A stretch of DNA of 64,000 nt, taken from contig NC_087252.1 in assembly GCF_037042905.1 (NCBI RefSeq), positions 15,316,001 through 15,380,000 of the forward strand, in the 5' to 3' direction. The DNA is from Lytechinus pictus. Lineage: Eukaryota. The translations under genes were made by a program, and so were the position numbers. Every line of letters starts with the position of its first letter. Within the stretch, counting starts at the first letter, position 1. Positions 50,528 through 63,830 of this stretch are shown in pieces. The notes below the pieces were generated by a model. The model saw nothing but the letters and a program-made list of their open reading frames with translations, was not told the DNA's origin and did no database searches.

Positions 50528-53290
50528 TTAAACTGCGTGCAAATGTGAATGAAAATGTTGACAAGCAAAAAAAAAAATCAACAGCAAAATTGATGGATAT
50601 ATTTCCTCTCTGGAAAATTTGACAAGCAAAAGAAAAGAAAAAAAAATCACAGGATGCGTCCCCACCTCTTGCCCCCCACCCCAGATCTGTGCCTGTTTAT
50701 GCCTATTAAAACTCCAGTCCCATCTAACTTGTTTGATGCGAATATCTTCACCCATAATATGGCATGAACGCAAGTTTTACAACTCTATTTTGTTTACATG
50801 GACTTCAACTGGGCATTTCAAAAATAGAAGAGTCTAAATTGAAAAATAATTTGATATGGCATGATAAGATTAGACAGCATGCCTATAGAGTAAAGAAAGG
50901 GAGACGGGGATGTCGTGCATGATATTTCAGAGATGATTTGGATAATGAACAGAGGAATGAAATGTAATAAATAAAGAAATGAAAGAAAGCCCCCTCGAGC
51001 AGATATTGGCCTAGCTTTGTCACCTAAGCTTAGAGCAAATTCAAGTTTTTGTGGTGAGGTAATAACATTTCCTCCATTTCTTGTTATTTCTCCTTTTTGC
51101 AGTGTTATTTATAGTACTGTTTTATTGAATTTTGGACAGGCAATATGATTATCTTGATGGGTATTTCTCTTTGAGGTTTTTGTTCATGTCATCAGTATAG
51201 TCTTTCCCTCTTCTTTCCGTAAGAGCATGTTTTGCAATTACTTGAATCTTTGTCTTGTTTTATCATTGTATTGTTTTATTTTGATTCCTTTGTATTCAAA
51301 CCTTCTCTGCTTTACACTATATCCTTTCATTGCCCTTTTGATTTCTATATTAGAATAAAACAGAGTTTATGAAAAATTAAAATATGTTTTCTATAAATAG
51401 TATAGATGTGTTTTTTAAAGATTACTATAATTATTAGAATAAGAAATGGGTAGAATTAATACTCATACAGATGTACAAATATTGTAATTTAGTTTAAATT
51501 ATTGTTCAAACTATGTTTATTTGAGACTAAATCTGATTAGCATTTTGCTATTGTCTTAGCTCCTAACACAAGATTTTTTGTTTTTTATGTTGTGTAATGT
51601 TTCATGTAAATGTACTTGACAGAAACTTTTAGCAATGACGTAAATTCACATTATCCCCTTTCCCCTTCCTCCATCCCTAACAAACTGGAATATTTTTTTA
51701 AGATAAACAGTCATTCAAATTTTCTCATATCTTTTCCCAAATTGGCGATACAACATTACTAACAGTATTAATGTAATATGAATTAATTGGGATATAATTT
51801 GTCTGCTACTTGCCTAATTAATGAGATGAAATATATTTTTGTTTGTTTTACAACAGAAGATGCTTAAAGAAACATATTTTCATATTTAATGAGCAAAGAT
51901 GCCAATGGTTTTCCGTAAAATCTAAAACAAAATAAATGTTTTTAAACTTTGAAGTCACAGTAAAATGAGAATTAGAAATTTATAGTAAAATACATCTCGC
52001 ACATGAGGTGGGAATTATTAATTTTAGAAAGGGTAGTTTACAATGAAAATGTTTTGCATTCTCTCTTTTGTACGAAGTGTACGAAAAATGGATTCCAAGT
52101 ATGTGTCAGCTTTTCAAGAAACGATCAGCAATTTGTGGTCTGTTATTATCTGCTACATTCAATACAGAAGTATAGCAAATTTCTTTTATTAACATTCAAA
52201 CAATGTTACAATTTACAATAACATGCTTATAATAGAGGGCATTCCAAAAGTAATATGTGAATATGGCATAGAAAACAAGTCAATATATTATTTGGAATAG
52301 CTCCCCCTTGTGGCCATCTGAGAATACATACAGCCCAATGTCATGGCAGATATTGACCTATAAATAATTTGAAGTTATAGTCATGCTCATCATTGAGTTT
52401 TTACTTCATTACACATGATTTATAGATCATTTTTGATACATTGTTGGTGATGTTTTATTTGCAGGTATGGAGATAATACAACCTATGAATTACTTGTATA
52501 TCATAAGAAAAATTTGAAAAGCTTAAAACTTTTGTCTCTGCTGCTACGAAAATTCACTGATAAAATAATAGAAAGAGAATGAGGAAGGAAGAGAGTGAGA
52601 AAGAGAGGGAGAGAGAGAGATAGAGAGAGAGAGGAGGAAAAAGTGGGGGAAATAGAGGGAGAGAGGGGGTAGAGAAGGAAAGGGGTGGGGGAGAAAAGAG
52701 GGAGGGAGAAACAAAGATGGATGGGAAGGTACAAAATAGGGAGATATTTTTATCATAATTTTATTTTTTAGTCTGTAAGAGAATGAGAGAAAGAGAGATA
52801 AAGGGGTTAGAAAATGGGAGTGGGAGAGCAAGAGAGGGGAGGGGAGGAGGAGAGAGAAAAGAGGGAGGGAGAAACGGGTAGAGCGGAAGTTAGAAAAAGA
52901 AGAAGAGATTTCTGTCATAATTTTATGTTTCAGTCTGTAAATTTTAACTTTAGGGGGAGGGGGTGGTCTGCCTCAAACCATTTATTTTACTCATCTCCTC
53001 ACATTTTTGGGGGAATGAAAAGATGGGAAATTAAAAGGTAAATATAAAGACACTAAGAGCAAAGAGCATAAAAGATAAAAAAAGAGCAAAGCCACTCTAT
53101 TATTGAATGGTTAGAGAGTTATGAATGAAACTATTGAGTGTGGTTTTATTCCCTATTGATTTTTAACACCTTTCTAATTTCTAGGTAAGCAGAGGCTAAT
53201 GGGCCATTGACATTTGCTTGAAAATCAACATGCTAGGAATGACATTAGAAGGATGGTATGAGACGTGGTCAGAAAATGTGTCAATGAATA

Positions 53291-53507
53291 CACTGTAAAA
53301 ATGTGTCAAACCAATTTGGGGACAGTAATTTACCCAATGCGGGAAGCATATTGTCCAGTAAGGTTAAAAATAGGCAGCAATTACTTTAGAATGGGCAAAA
53401 TTTTCATCACACCGGATAAATAGAAAATTCTCAAAGGAAATGCCCAATATTGGTTGGACACAAACTTACTCTCACGGAGCATTTTTGCCCAATATTTTTT
53501 TAGAGTG
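53291..53507. mobile_element. CACTA-like MITE
   Basis: TA|CACTGTAAAAA...TTTTTAGAGTG|TA; GCCCAA subterminal repeats. Confidence 0.7.
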
Positions 53508-53551
53508 TAGCTTTTTTAGATAATGAATTTTTCATACCCTTTTTCCATTAA

Positions 53552-54148
53552 CGGTCAAGTCCACCCCAGAAAAATGTTGATTTGAATAAATAAAGAAAAA
53601 TTAAACTAGCATAACACTAAAAATTTCATCAAAATCGGATGTCAAATAAGAAAGTTATGATATTTTGAAGTTTCGCTTAATTTCACATAACAGTTATATG
53701 CACATCATGGTCGGTATGCAAATGAGGAGACTGATGATGTCACCCACTCACTATTTCTTTTGTATTTTATTTTATGAAATGTTCAAATTTTCTCCGCATT
53801 GTCCTGTGAAACAAAGTTTTATTCCTCCCTGAACATGTGGAATTACCATTGTTTTAACATTTTATGGTTCAGTCAAGTAGATCCTTATTGTCAAATCTGT
53901 AAAAATTGAAATATTGTTTAATTCAAAAAATAAAAAGCAAAAGAAATAGTAAGTGAGGGACATCATCGATTCTCTCATTTGCATGTGACTAAATTGTGCA
54001 TTTAACTATTTTGTGAAAATAATTGAAACTTTAAAATGTCATAACTTTCTTATTTCATATCCGATATTGATGAAATTTTCAGTGCTGTGCTTGTTTGATT
54101 TTTCTCTATTTTTTTCAAATTAACATTTTTCCGGGGTGGACTTGACCT
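53552..54148. mobile_element. Kolobok-like MITE (597 bp)
   Basis: TTAA|CGGTCAAGTCCACCCC...GGGGTGGACTTGACCT|TTAA; inverted arms longer than 200 bp. Confidence 0.88.
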
Positions 54149-55943
54149 TTAAGCTTCACCCTTTTTCTCCATTAATTTGCAGTAATTAAGATATATTTCA
54201 AGATGAGAAAATATATTACTTATATCCAAAGATCAAAGTATATTCATGGCTTGCCCATCTTTTGTTATGATATCATACTAATTATAAGATTAAATTGTTG
54301 TTCCAGAGATCTTTGTATGGGAATTGACAACTGATAATTGAAAACATATAACTGTAAAAATTATCTTATACCGTCCTCAGTTTGCAATAGTATATACTGG
54401 GTAACTGATATGAATTGATAATACAGAGTTAAGTAGTGTTTCTCATGCATTATAATTATTATTCATAGATCTATTAATGACAAAGTATTATAATCTTTTA
54501 TACTAAAAAGGAGTAAGTATTGCATTTTATTCCATCTGTCACTCCTTTCTGTTGCTATATTCCCCTATTCAGAAGTTAAGAAACTAAACTGGTTTGCCAT
54601 GTTTCCTTGCTTCTTCAGTCAATCTCCCCCACCAGGGGGTGGGGGGGGGGTGGATGGAGGGTAGGGGGGAACTCTAATTTGTTTGCTTCATAATTAATTG
54701 GCCACGATGGTCATTACCATTAGTGTCCTGTGGGTCAACCATAGTTTCCGAAGACATATAGCACATGCTGCAAGTGAGAATAGAAAAAAAAAATCAAGAA
54801 ATATATAACCGCACGATAAATCCCAAGTGCATGGAAGAAAATGAATTATATCAGTACAACTACAAATTTGATCCCCGAAAGAGTGTAGTATTTGAATAAG
54901 GTTTTTAATAGAGATAGATATTTAGATAAATGGTTTTATTATTTATAAAATCACAAATAATACAAACAGGCATGGTAATTTAAAAAACTAAATTTCGCCA
55001 TGAATTTACAATAAAGGTATACACTGTATATTATTTGATGTAATATTATCAGAAAAAAATTGATCAAAAAAATTCTAAAACATTCACAAGGACACACTCA
55101 TGAAACATACATACTCACACATATGCACACACACACACACACACCACTCACCCCGCATCCAGACACACAATCAGAAGTGCATACTCAAATTTACATGGGG
55201 TGCATAAAACCAATTCAATATCATTAGTACGATTACTATACAGATGGGGGGGGGGGGGTAGAAAAACATGCTTGAATGAGATTCAATGTGATAATTGTCA
55301 AAATATTAATTAATGCGTATGATGAAAAGTAGGAGTATATTCAACAATTTTATGAAGGATGGGTAGGGAGACATGTGAAGGTCTCCAGATTTCAGGTGTC
55401 TGTATTTTTAATAAATAATTACACAGATAGAATGGAAATGATATAAACAGTTGAAACAAAAACAAAGAGATAAATCCTATACAAGTTAAATCGAATACAT
55501 TATACCGGAATATATAAATCTAAAATATACAATACATGTTAAAGACATGAACGTTTCAAATTTCAGTTTGTCACATTGTGAAATAGAAGATGTGATTTAT
55601 ACAAGGAGTACAGCATTAGCATTGAACAGGGAGGGGGGGACATGTCCCCCTTCGATTTTTCAAATTTTTTATTTTTCATTTTTTATGGGCCTATGGGAAT
55701 GGGTTGTGTTGTCCCTCCTATAAGCTGGACCAACAATCTCACAAAATTGCTGACTTTGGTGTTCAGTAGACTGTGGTCGACTAATCAATCTGGATTAAAG
55801 TAAGGCGTGATGTCACAATAACGTTGCAGCTTGTGTGCATGTATTCTGAATTCCATAAATTGACTTCTCCAGTGACTATCAGTGGCTAAGTGTCTGTTAT
55901 TGATTCTATTTGATTTTTTTCTTCATTATCCATCTTAATCAGA

Positions 55944-56291
55944 TAATAATAATAATAATAATAGACAGTTCTTGTATAGCGCATAACACATTATAAATAA
56001 CGTCTCTATGCGCTTCCAAAGGACTTGGATATTATTACCCTGACTTTAGCCCCGCAGCCTTTTACAGCGCTGGGGCATTTCAAGGAATAAATTCCTGCCA
56101 GGTACCCATTCACCTCACCTGGGTTGAGTGCAGCACAATGTGGATAAATTTCTTGCTGAAGGAAATTACGCCATGGCTGGGATTCGAACCCACGACCCTT
56201 TGTTTGAAAGTCCGGAGACTAATCCACTGGGCCACAACGCTCCACGTGCTCCACAACGCTCCACGTGTTCCACGTGCTCCACAACGCTCCA
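55944..56291 (-). mobile_element. SINE family 1, young full-length copy with a tandemly reiterated 5' end
   Basis: Intact B-box GGTTCGAATCCC; CACAACGCTCCA/CGTGCTC reiterated at 56233-56291. Confidence 0.92.
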
Positions 56292-56369
56292 TAGCTTCTC
56301 ATATAATTTTGTTCCAATCTATTATGGACCACTTGTTGAAGTTCTATCTTAACCAGACTTGAGCTTGAA

Positions 56370-57065
56370 GCATAATTTCCTATCATTTCGAGGCCTCCAT
56401 CAATTTCAAGTGCTAGATTAAAGGTAAATGCTAGTTTTGGTAACGATATCAAAATGAGTTCGTACAGAATCCAATGAAATGACCACCAAAGTGTCTGTTT
56501 GTATAAATAAAACGCATGTGCCAAAGGATTCTGGAAGAATTTGTGTAATTGCTGAGAAATCAGCAAATAAGCACAGGATTCGGGTAGATCGAGCGTCGGG
56601 CCCGACGCTCAAAGCAATAATTATACACAGTCCCACGTGCCCTTATCTGTGTTGGGGAAGTTCAGTCTGAACATTATTCAGCGTAGATTTCAAGATTTCA
56701 CAAAGTTCAGTTTATGTAACTGTACCAGATCTAGATCCTCGATGATATACTGACAATTAAGCCTGGTTTTACAGACTTTCTCATGAAATCAGTGTTTACT
56801 GCAACTACTGGAATTTCTCTTTAAGATGGAGGTATCCCACATTTCAAAATGTATTATGTCAATATTATGTATATTTTTTCTGCTATGTTTCAATAATAAA
56901 AAAAAGATAGAAATTTCCAGGTAATTCTAATTAGAATATTATATATGCATATGTTATACATTAGGTTATTTGCTTATTGTCATGTTATGCTGAGAAAAAA
57001 AAATACTTGTATGTATAGGCCTACTTTTGTTATTGGAATGTGGAAATAATTCAAATCAAATCAAG
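56370..57065 (+). mobile_element. CR1/L2-group 3' end split by a TTAA-targeting element
   Basis: GAGGCCTCCATC...TTAA|insert|TTAAGATGGAGGTATCCCACATTTC...(AAATC)n; uninterrupted relative at 63540-63830. Confidence 0.8.
56422..56820. mobile_element. Kolobok-like non-autonomous element (399 bp)
   Basis: TTAA TSD (56418-56421, 56821-56824); imperfect TIR AGGTAAATGCTAGT / ACTGGAATTTCTCT. Confidence 0.8.
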
Positions 57066-60000
57066 TTATCACAAATCATCTTTGTTCAACGGCATCTTAG
57101 AATTGTGTTTCAATACTGCTCCTATAGCTAATTATAAAAGAAAAAGAATCTATAATAGTCACTTGTTGAAGTTTCATGTAAACCAGACTTCATCAGGCTC
57201 TAAGCGTGATTATGTTCTCCCTCTTTTTCCGTTCACACCATTCAAATTCTATCCCTCTATTGTCCGCTTCCCCACCAACCCATATGGTTTGAAGCTACGA
57301 GGTGGGAAATACGTCTTAGCCAGCAGCTGCCCTTGGGATAATACCAACAACCAACTGAAAAGAGCTAGGTGGTAGAAAAACCAAGTATAACAATACCCGG
57401 CCCTTAGACTTAAAGACTTAGCCGCCATGTAACAAGCAGGCAAAAGTCATTAACAATGGCGGAGTGTTAGGAAAGTGTGGCACCAAACCCAGCTTCATCC
57501 AACCTTCAATAATAGCTCCGATGACTAATTGAAAGTCACGGATAAACCTGAATGGATGACGCGGGCTGGCTGCTACGGCTTTCTGGAAATTATTGAATAA
57601 TTCCATCGATTTTGATGATTGAGATGAAGTTCATGTAAATACCAGTCTGTGGTTTTATAAACTTTGTGGTTAAAGATATTATGTGGGCTTTAACGGTAAT
57701 ATATCCTAGGAAAATGGTAATGTTCATGAGAAATTGCCCAAACCACCCATAGATTTAAGTCACTTATTCTTTGAATAGATGCTAAATATTAGGTTATTCT
57801 AATATTCTATTTCAAGCATGTTTTGCAGGATACACTGACGTATGTGCATATCTTTTACAGATAACATTGGGAACATAATTGTAGCTATACATAATGAGAG
57901 ACAATATTAAAATGGTATCACAAACATACAAAACCATGAAGAAATTCGAAACCAATAATACATTTTGGGTTCCATATGAATGTACAAACTTCATCAGCGG
58001 AATATTTCAAATAATTCTATCCAATTCAATTTATTGTCCTCTTTAAAAAAAACAAAAAAAACAATCAACACAGTACAATATTCAATACATATCAATACCA
58101 GCAGGGATCATAAACAGCACAAATAATGGCTTATTAAAAAATGACCCCTTACAGTATATAAAGCAAACATAATAATAATGACGATTATAGTAAATTCCAG
58201 AGGTTTGTATATATATTTATTAGATCGAAGTAATTGTATAGCATATCATCCTGTTTTGAAACATACAAACACATTCATTAAAGGGATATCTATATATATA
58301 TATATATCAATGCTAATTTAGGATATTGTTATTGTTAGCGTAATGTATGCCAAAATAGGTAAAGTAGCTCTTTGTCTCTGATGGATATGTGTGGTGAATA
58401 TGTAATATGGGAAATTTTCTGTCACAAGCAATGACAATGAATAGTCTGCTTGAACTAAATAAGAACCTTGTAAATGAATATATCTCAAAAAGCCAAACTC
58501 CATTGAACCATCGTCGGCCACAAAACCAAACTGTTTAGCATGTAGATTGCTCCGAACCGCACGCCCCTATACCCAATGCTAATTGCCTTGTGCATGTTCT
58601 TACTGGGAAATTCATACATTTTTGTAAATTAAGCAGCGTCAGAAGCAACGCATTTGATGTCTGTCTAAACGCAGAGCGATGTGAGGGAGATCATAATGGA
58701 TTTTTTTTTTTAGTAATGACTATCATGGAGTTATTTCAATGTCAAACTGTCAAATCGTGAATAATTTGAGTGGATGATCAAATGTGTGTTGCATTTGGCC
58801 TTGATCCTGTAAAAGTGTAAGTGGTCTGTCATTTAAAATTTAGATTGAAACAAAATATAATTGGAATTGCTCGGAATTGTACGACACTTTTTATGCTCTT
58901 TCCTGAGAGGAAAGAGAATGTAAATGTATATTTTGCACGTAATACATGTAGATAGGTCAAGTAGTGATCAGTGATAATGAACCTATAAAAAAACATAAGC
59001 AAATGAACCATATTACTTTCATATAACATTTATTCAATAAACACTTCAGTTGTCAATAATGTCAACAATCCAATAATAATATTCAAGTTCTCTAGAAGTG
59101 CATAAGAGGTGTTAAATGGTTTGTGATAAGTGTTATACCAAAACTATTATCATTATTATTATTATCATTATATTTATTATTATTATTATTATTATGGTTC
59201 TATATATTTGTTTTCTTTTACTGAATTCCCTTATGTCAATGCAAATTAAAGGTTCATACGCTCTTACAACTTCTTAACCAACCCAAAAGTTTTCAAAATA
59301 TAAACCAATCAAGTGTTGGTTAAAGCAATTCCAATTCATTCCCCATGCAATTTTGGTTTAACCAGCATTTGTTAGCCTCATACATGTACTTGAATCAACT
59401 TGTCTTGGTTGGTTAACAAATTTTGAGTGTGTATTGAGAGTGGTCACACTATTCATGGAACATGGTGAAAGCATTGGAGGTAAAGTAAGTTCCTTGTATT
59501 TACAAAAGCTGTTTCCCAACACACAAAAAATCAATACTACTTAGTGTATAATAAAAGATGTAATCGCATTGACAATTTATCCAGTAATCTATAATTCACC
59601 AAGCATGAAATTGTTCCTTTCATACCTAAGCACTCTTTCACTGTAGCAAAATCAACCTTCCTTGACTCATACCTTAATCTAAATTGACTCTTTATGAAGG
59701 AAGTATCTGCTACACATACAGTTTTTTTAACCAACCCAAATGTTGGTCAAATCACGAACTGACAACAATTGGTTGAAAAATATCAGTTCATTTTGCATGC
59801 TATTTTGTTTTGACCAATGCCTGTGTTGTTTAAAATAATATGAGATTTTGTAGACTCTCTGCAGGAAGTACTCTGCTATGATTATTGTTGATAGACTGTG
59901 ATAAACATTTATATCTAAAATAAATTTGCTTAAAGTCAGTATTACTATATTAAGTTTTAGCTAATGGAAAAAATGCTTTTCACAGGAGTAATAATTTGTT

Positions 60001-61847
60001 AAAAAGTGACATTTGTAAAATGAGATGAGATCATAAAACGCATGTTGTGTGATAGGAAAAATCTACAAATTGTAATTAATGATCACAATTAAAATGTCCC
60101 AATTTTTGAGAATGCAATTTCCACTTTATTCAGCATGATCATTATGATTTTTATATATTACAAAGGTTCAATCATTAAAAAAATATATTTGAAGATTTAA
60201 ATTCAAGGCATGAGACTTCTTTTGATATGTGCATTTAGTTTGCCTTTAGTTAGTAAATCATATTGTTTCAGTAATAAAAATAAACTATGAACATCTTCTA
60301 TTTCATATATAATTAATTTAAGATCCAAGTTGAAGCCAGCTTCCCACCAATAATCAATCATTTTTGTTCATTTTTTTTCTATCCACTACTTTTATATACA
60401 TATTGATCATTTCATTAAGCATTATTATTATGTATCAGCACCACCACCAGTACCACCGCCATCATCATCATTGTCATAATTTTTCATCCTGAATATCTAC
60501 ATTATCATAACCTTTTTTATTCTATTTTTTTCAAGTTACTATTTCAACCATTCTTTTTCATTCTGCGTATTTATTGTGATCAATCATATACTTAATATAT
60601 GTTTTGGTTTGTCATATTCTCAAGCATATTTGTTTACAATAACAAACATTTTATGTTCAGTGATGTAGATTTCTTATTTATTGTCAAAGACATCTTTGTG
60701 ATATTTTTGTTGTGCACATTAACAATAAAAAATAAAACAAGTAAAAAACAATAAATCAAAATTTAGCTAGATTCTTGGGTTTCCAGGCAGTCAAAAGTCC
60801 ATGCATATTCGTACGGGCCACCTGTCCCTATTTTATAATAGGGTCAGTCCCTATTTCTTGGGGGAAAAACAAACAATTTTCACCCAAAATGACCATGTGT
60901 CCCTATTTTTGTGGAAGTTTGTCAATAGGGTAGTGTAGAAAAGTTTGCAATGTCTCTATTTTTCATTAAAAAAAGTTCTTTGTCCCTGTAGCAGCTTTAC
61001 ACTTGCATTCCTCCCAAAACACGAAATGTGCAATGACAAAAGCAAACCACAACATCCTTTGCATCCCTTATATCTTTTTACCATGAAAGAGTAGCCTTTC
61101 CTTTCTTATATAAGTATTTTTTCCTCACTGCTTCTTCTATCAACCACTTGTATTTTCAATAGATAATCTTTTTTGTTACACTTAATGCTATTGTAACTCT
61201 CTCTGAGTATTCTTTTATAGGATGACCACCCATAAAGTCCCACATTGAAGAGGAAAAGTTTCAATACAAAGGTAGTTTTCTACATTTGGGGAACAACAAT
61301 TTATAAAAAAAGGGGGCAATAGGAAAAGTATAAGTGTTGTGAAAATGATGATGATATTGATAATAAGCTTATAAAGACATAAAGTTTAGCATTACAAAGG
61401 TCTTATAAAAAAAAATGAAAATGTAATGTGTGGTGTAAATTATATATTTTTTAGATGGGGAAAAACACAGGTACATGTTAAACAACTGCTGTTGTAAAGT
61501 TTATATAAATATTATTGTATAAACATTTAATCAGCATTTTTACTCTGTTCTGCTACATTAGAGCCTATGAAATATTTTATCCCCAATGTTTGATTGATGA
61601 GACTTGTGTTCATCTCAACAAACATTGCAGAAAGGGCACATAGTAAAAATGCTGTTTAAAATTTCATACATAGCTGTTTACTGTATGAACCTTAAAGTGG
61701 TTGTTTAACAGTTTAAACAACTATGCTTATATTACAGAGAATCAAATGTTAAAAAATTAAACTATTCAAACAACTACTGTAATTATTGTATAAACAATTT
61801 AAACAGCGTTTTTACTTTATTCTGCTATATAAGAGCCCCTATGAAAT

Positions 61848-61953
61848 ATTATATCGAAAATACAATTTCTGGCTTTGATCTCGTAAATTATCAGATCGAT
61901 CAAAGCGATCTTATTTACGGTTTTAAAGCCAGAAATTGAATTTTCAATATAAT
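61848..61953. repeat. About 105-bp imperfect palindrome (probable mini element)
   Basis: ATTATATCGAAAATACAATTTCTGGCTTT / AAAGCCAGAAATTGAATTTTCAATATAAT. Confidence 0.75.
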
Positions 61954-62439
61954 GAAACTTCCCCAGCAAGCCTTTTAACATTCCTTAGCCAATAAAATAT
62001 TTTCCTCACAATGTTTGAATGCAGAGTCTTGTGTACATCTTAACAAACAATGCAGGAGGGATATATATAACCCTATATGCAGTGGTCTTGTATGGCATCC
62101 TTATTAATATTGACTTTTGCATTGGTAAGAGTATGGACATTGTGTATGGTAAATAGAAAACACCACGTCCGAAATAAACTGGGCCAGTTATGCAAATACA
62201 AATAGATATAGGGCATGTATATAGTTCATGTATATAGTTTAGTTGATAAAATTTGTAGTCTTTCTATAGCCAATATTTTTCAGACTTTTTTAAGGAATAG
62301 ATGAAGAAATGTAGATATGCATTTGGATTTTCAAACACATACTGGAAAAAAAATGTGCGTAATGAGAATAATCATTGAAACAGGAAGCAATGTGTTTAGT
62401 TAGTGAAAGCCCCATAAAAAGAGAGATATGGCACAAAAG

Positions 62440-62850
62440 AGGAAATAAACGAGAAAGAAGAAAAAGATTAGATGAAAAGAGAAAGAAAAAGTCAAGATGA
62501 AAAAGGAAAGAAGAAGAAGAAAGAAGAATAAGGAGAAGAAGAATTAGAAGGAGAAGAAGAGTAGGAAGAAGGAGGAGGAGGAGAAGAAGAAGAAGTAGAA
62601 GTAGAAGTAGAAGTAGAAGTAGAAGTAGAAGAAGAAGAGTAGGAAGAAGGAGAAGGAGGAGGAGGAGGAGAAGAAATAGAAGAAATAGAAAAAGAAGGCG
62701 AAGAAGAATAAGAAATAGAACAAGATAGGGAAAGAAAAGAAAAAAGAAAAGAAAAAGGATGAGGTGGAGGACACGAAAAGGGAAATGAATTATACGATTA
62801 CAAGATTGAGGAGAAGAAAAAAAAGGAGAAGAGAAAATAAGGAAGAAGCG
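62440..62850. repeat. Purine-rich (GAA)/(GTAGAA)n tract
   Basis: Seen directly; similar AG-rich tracts at about 37.6, 42.9, 48.4 and 52.6 kb. Confidence 0.9.
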
Positions 62851-63539
62851 ATGAGAATGGGAGCTTTGTGACTAAAGTAAACTATTTTACGGAACTGAAC
62901 AGTTGTTTTAAACATTTCAGTGTTATTCTTGGCCTTTTTTCAAAAACATGACTTATGGTATGTTTCCAAGTCAATGGTAACTACCATGGGAACAATGCCA
63001 GCCAGCCAATTAAAATCAAAGATTCCAAAGAAGCTACAACTGAATGATAAATATCCCCTCACCTTCATGCACCATGGCCCTTGTATGTCCCCTAAAAATA
63101 TGTCTGTCCCTCAGTTGTTATGTAGTATTGCATCAAAACAATCCCTCCCGCTAGGGGAGTGGATCATTCCAATCCAAACTGCTAAACCACAATAACACCT
63201 ACTGTGCTAGCTGTGTGGATGACTCTTCCATTGACAATAATAGGCGTGTACCAAATCCACAGTTCTCCTACACATCACATTCAACCCCCCTCATAATAAA
63301 GACACACTTCACTACTTGTCTACATATTCAGACAGGTTTTTGTTTCTGAAGTCATTGATTTGTCCTTGTGCATTTTTTTCATTTGTTAATTAATGTATGT
63401 CTTGTTTACATCTTGTGTTCTAACATTTCAAAAACCATGTCTTATTCTGTCATAATATAATGCTGCTGGCCATCTCTTTGATTTTTTTTCTGTAGTAGAG
63501 TAATTTTTATTTATTTAATTTATTGCACTATACAGTCTG

Positions 63540-63830
63540 GTTTTCTATCCCCTTTCCTTTCGAGGCCTCCATCACTTTCAAGCTCCAAGCTTAAGATGGA
63601 GGTCTCCCACATTTCTATATATATATGTTCAGTAATTAAAGAAAATGTATATATAGATATAATTTTCACAGTATACAGTTGATATTTTATAATCATTTAT
63701 GTACATTATTCATTATGTTTAAAAAACTATTTGCCTATTTATGTAATATTGAAAAAAAAAATTATTATACTTGTATATACTTTGTTTTTGTTTTGAAATG
63801 TGGAAATAAAATAAATCAAATCAAATCAAT
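63540..63830 (+). mobile_element. CR1/L2-group LINE 3' end
   Basis: GAGGCCTCCATC..CAAGCTCCAAGCTT..GATGGAGGTCTC stem-loop; AATAAA and (AAATC)n tail. Confidence 0.75.

Noticed and set aside
62544..62774. Phe/Ser-rich or Glu/Lys-rich ORFs in purine tracts (also 37.5, 48.3, 52.5 kb)
   Set aside because: Simple-sequence artefacts.
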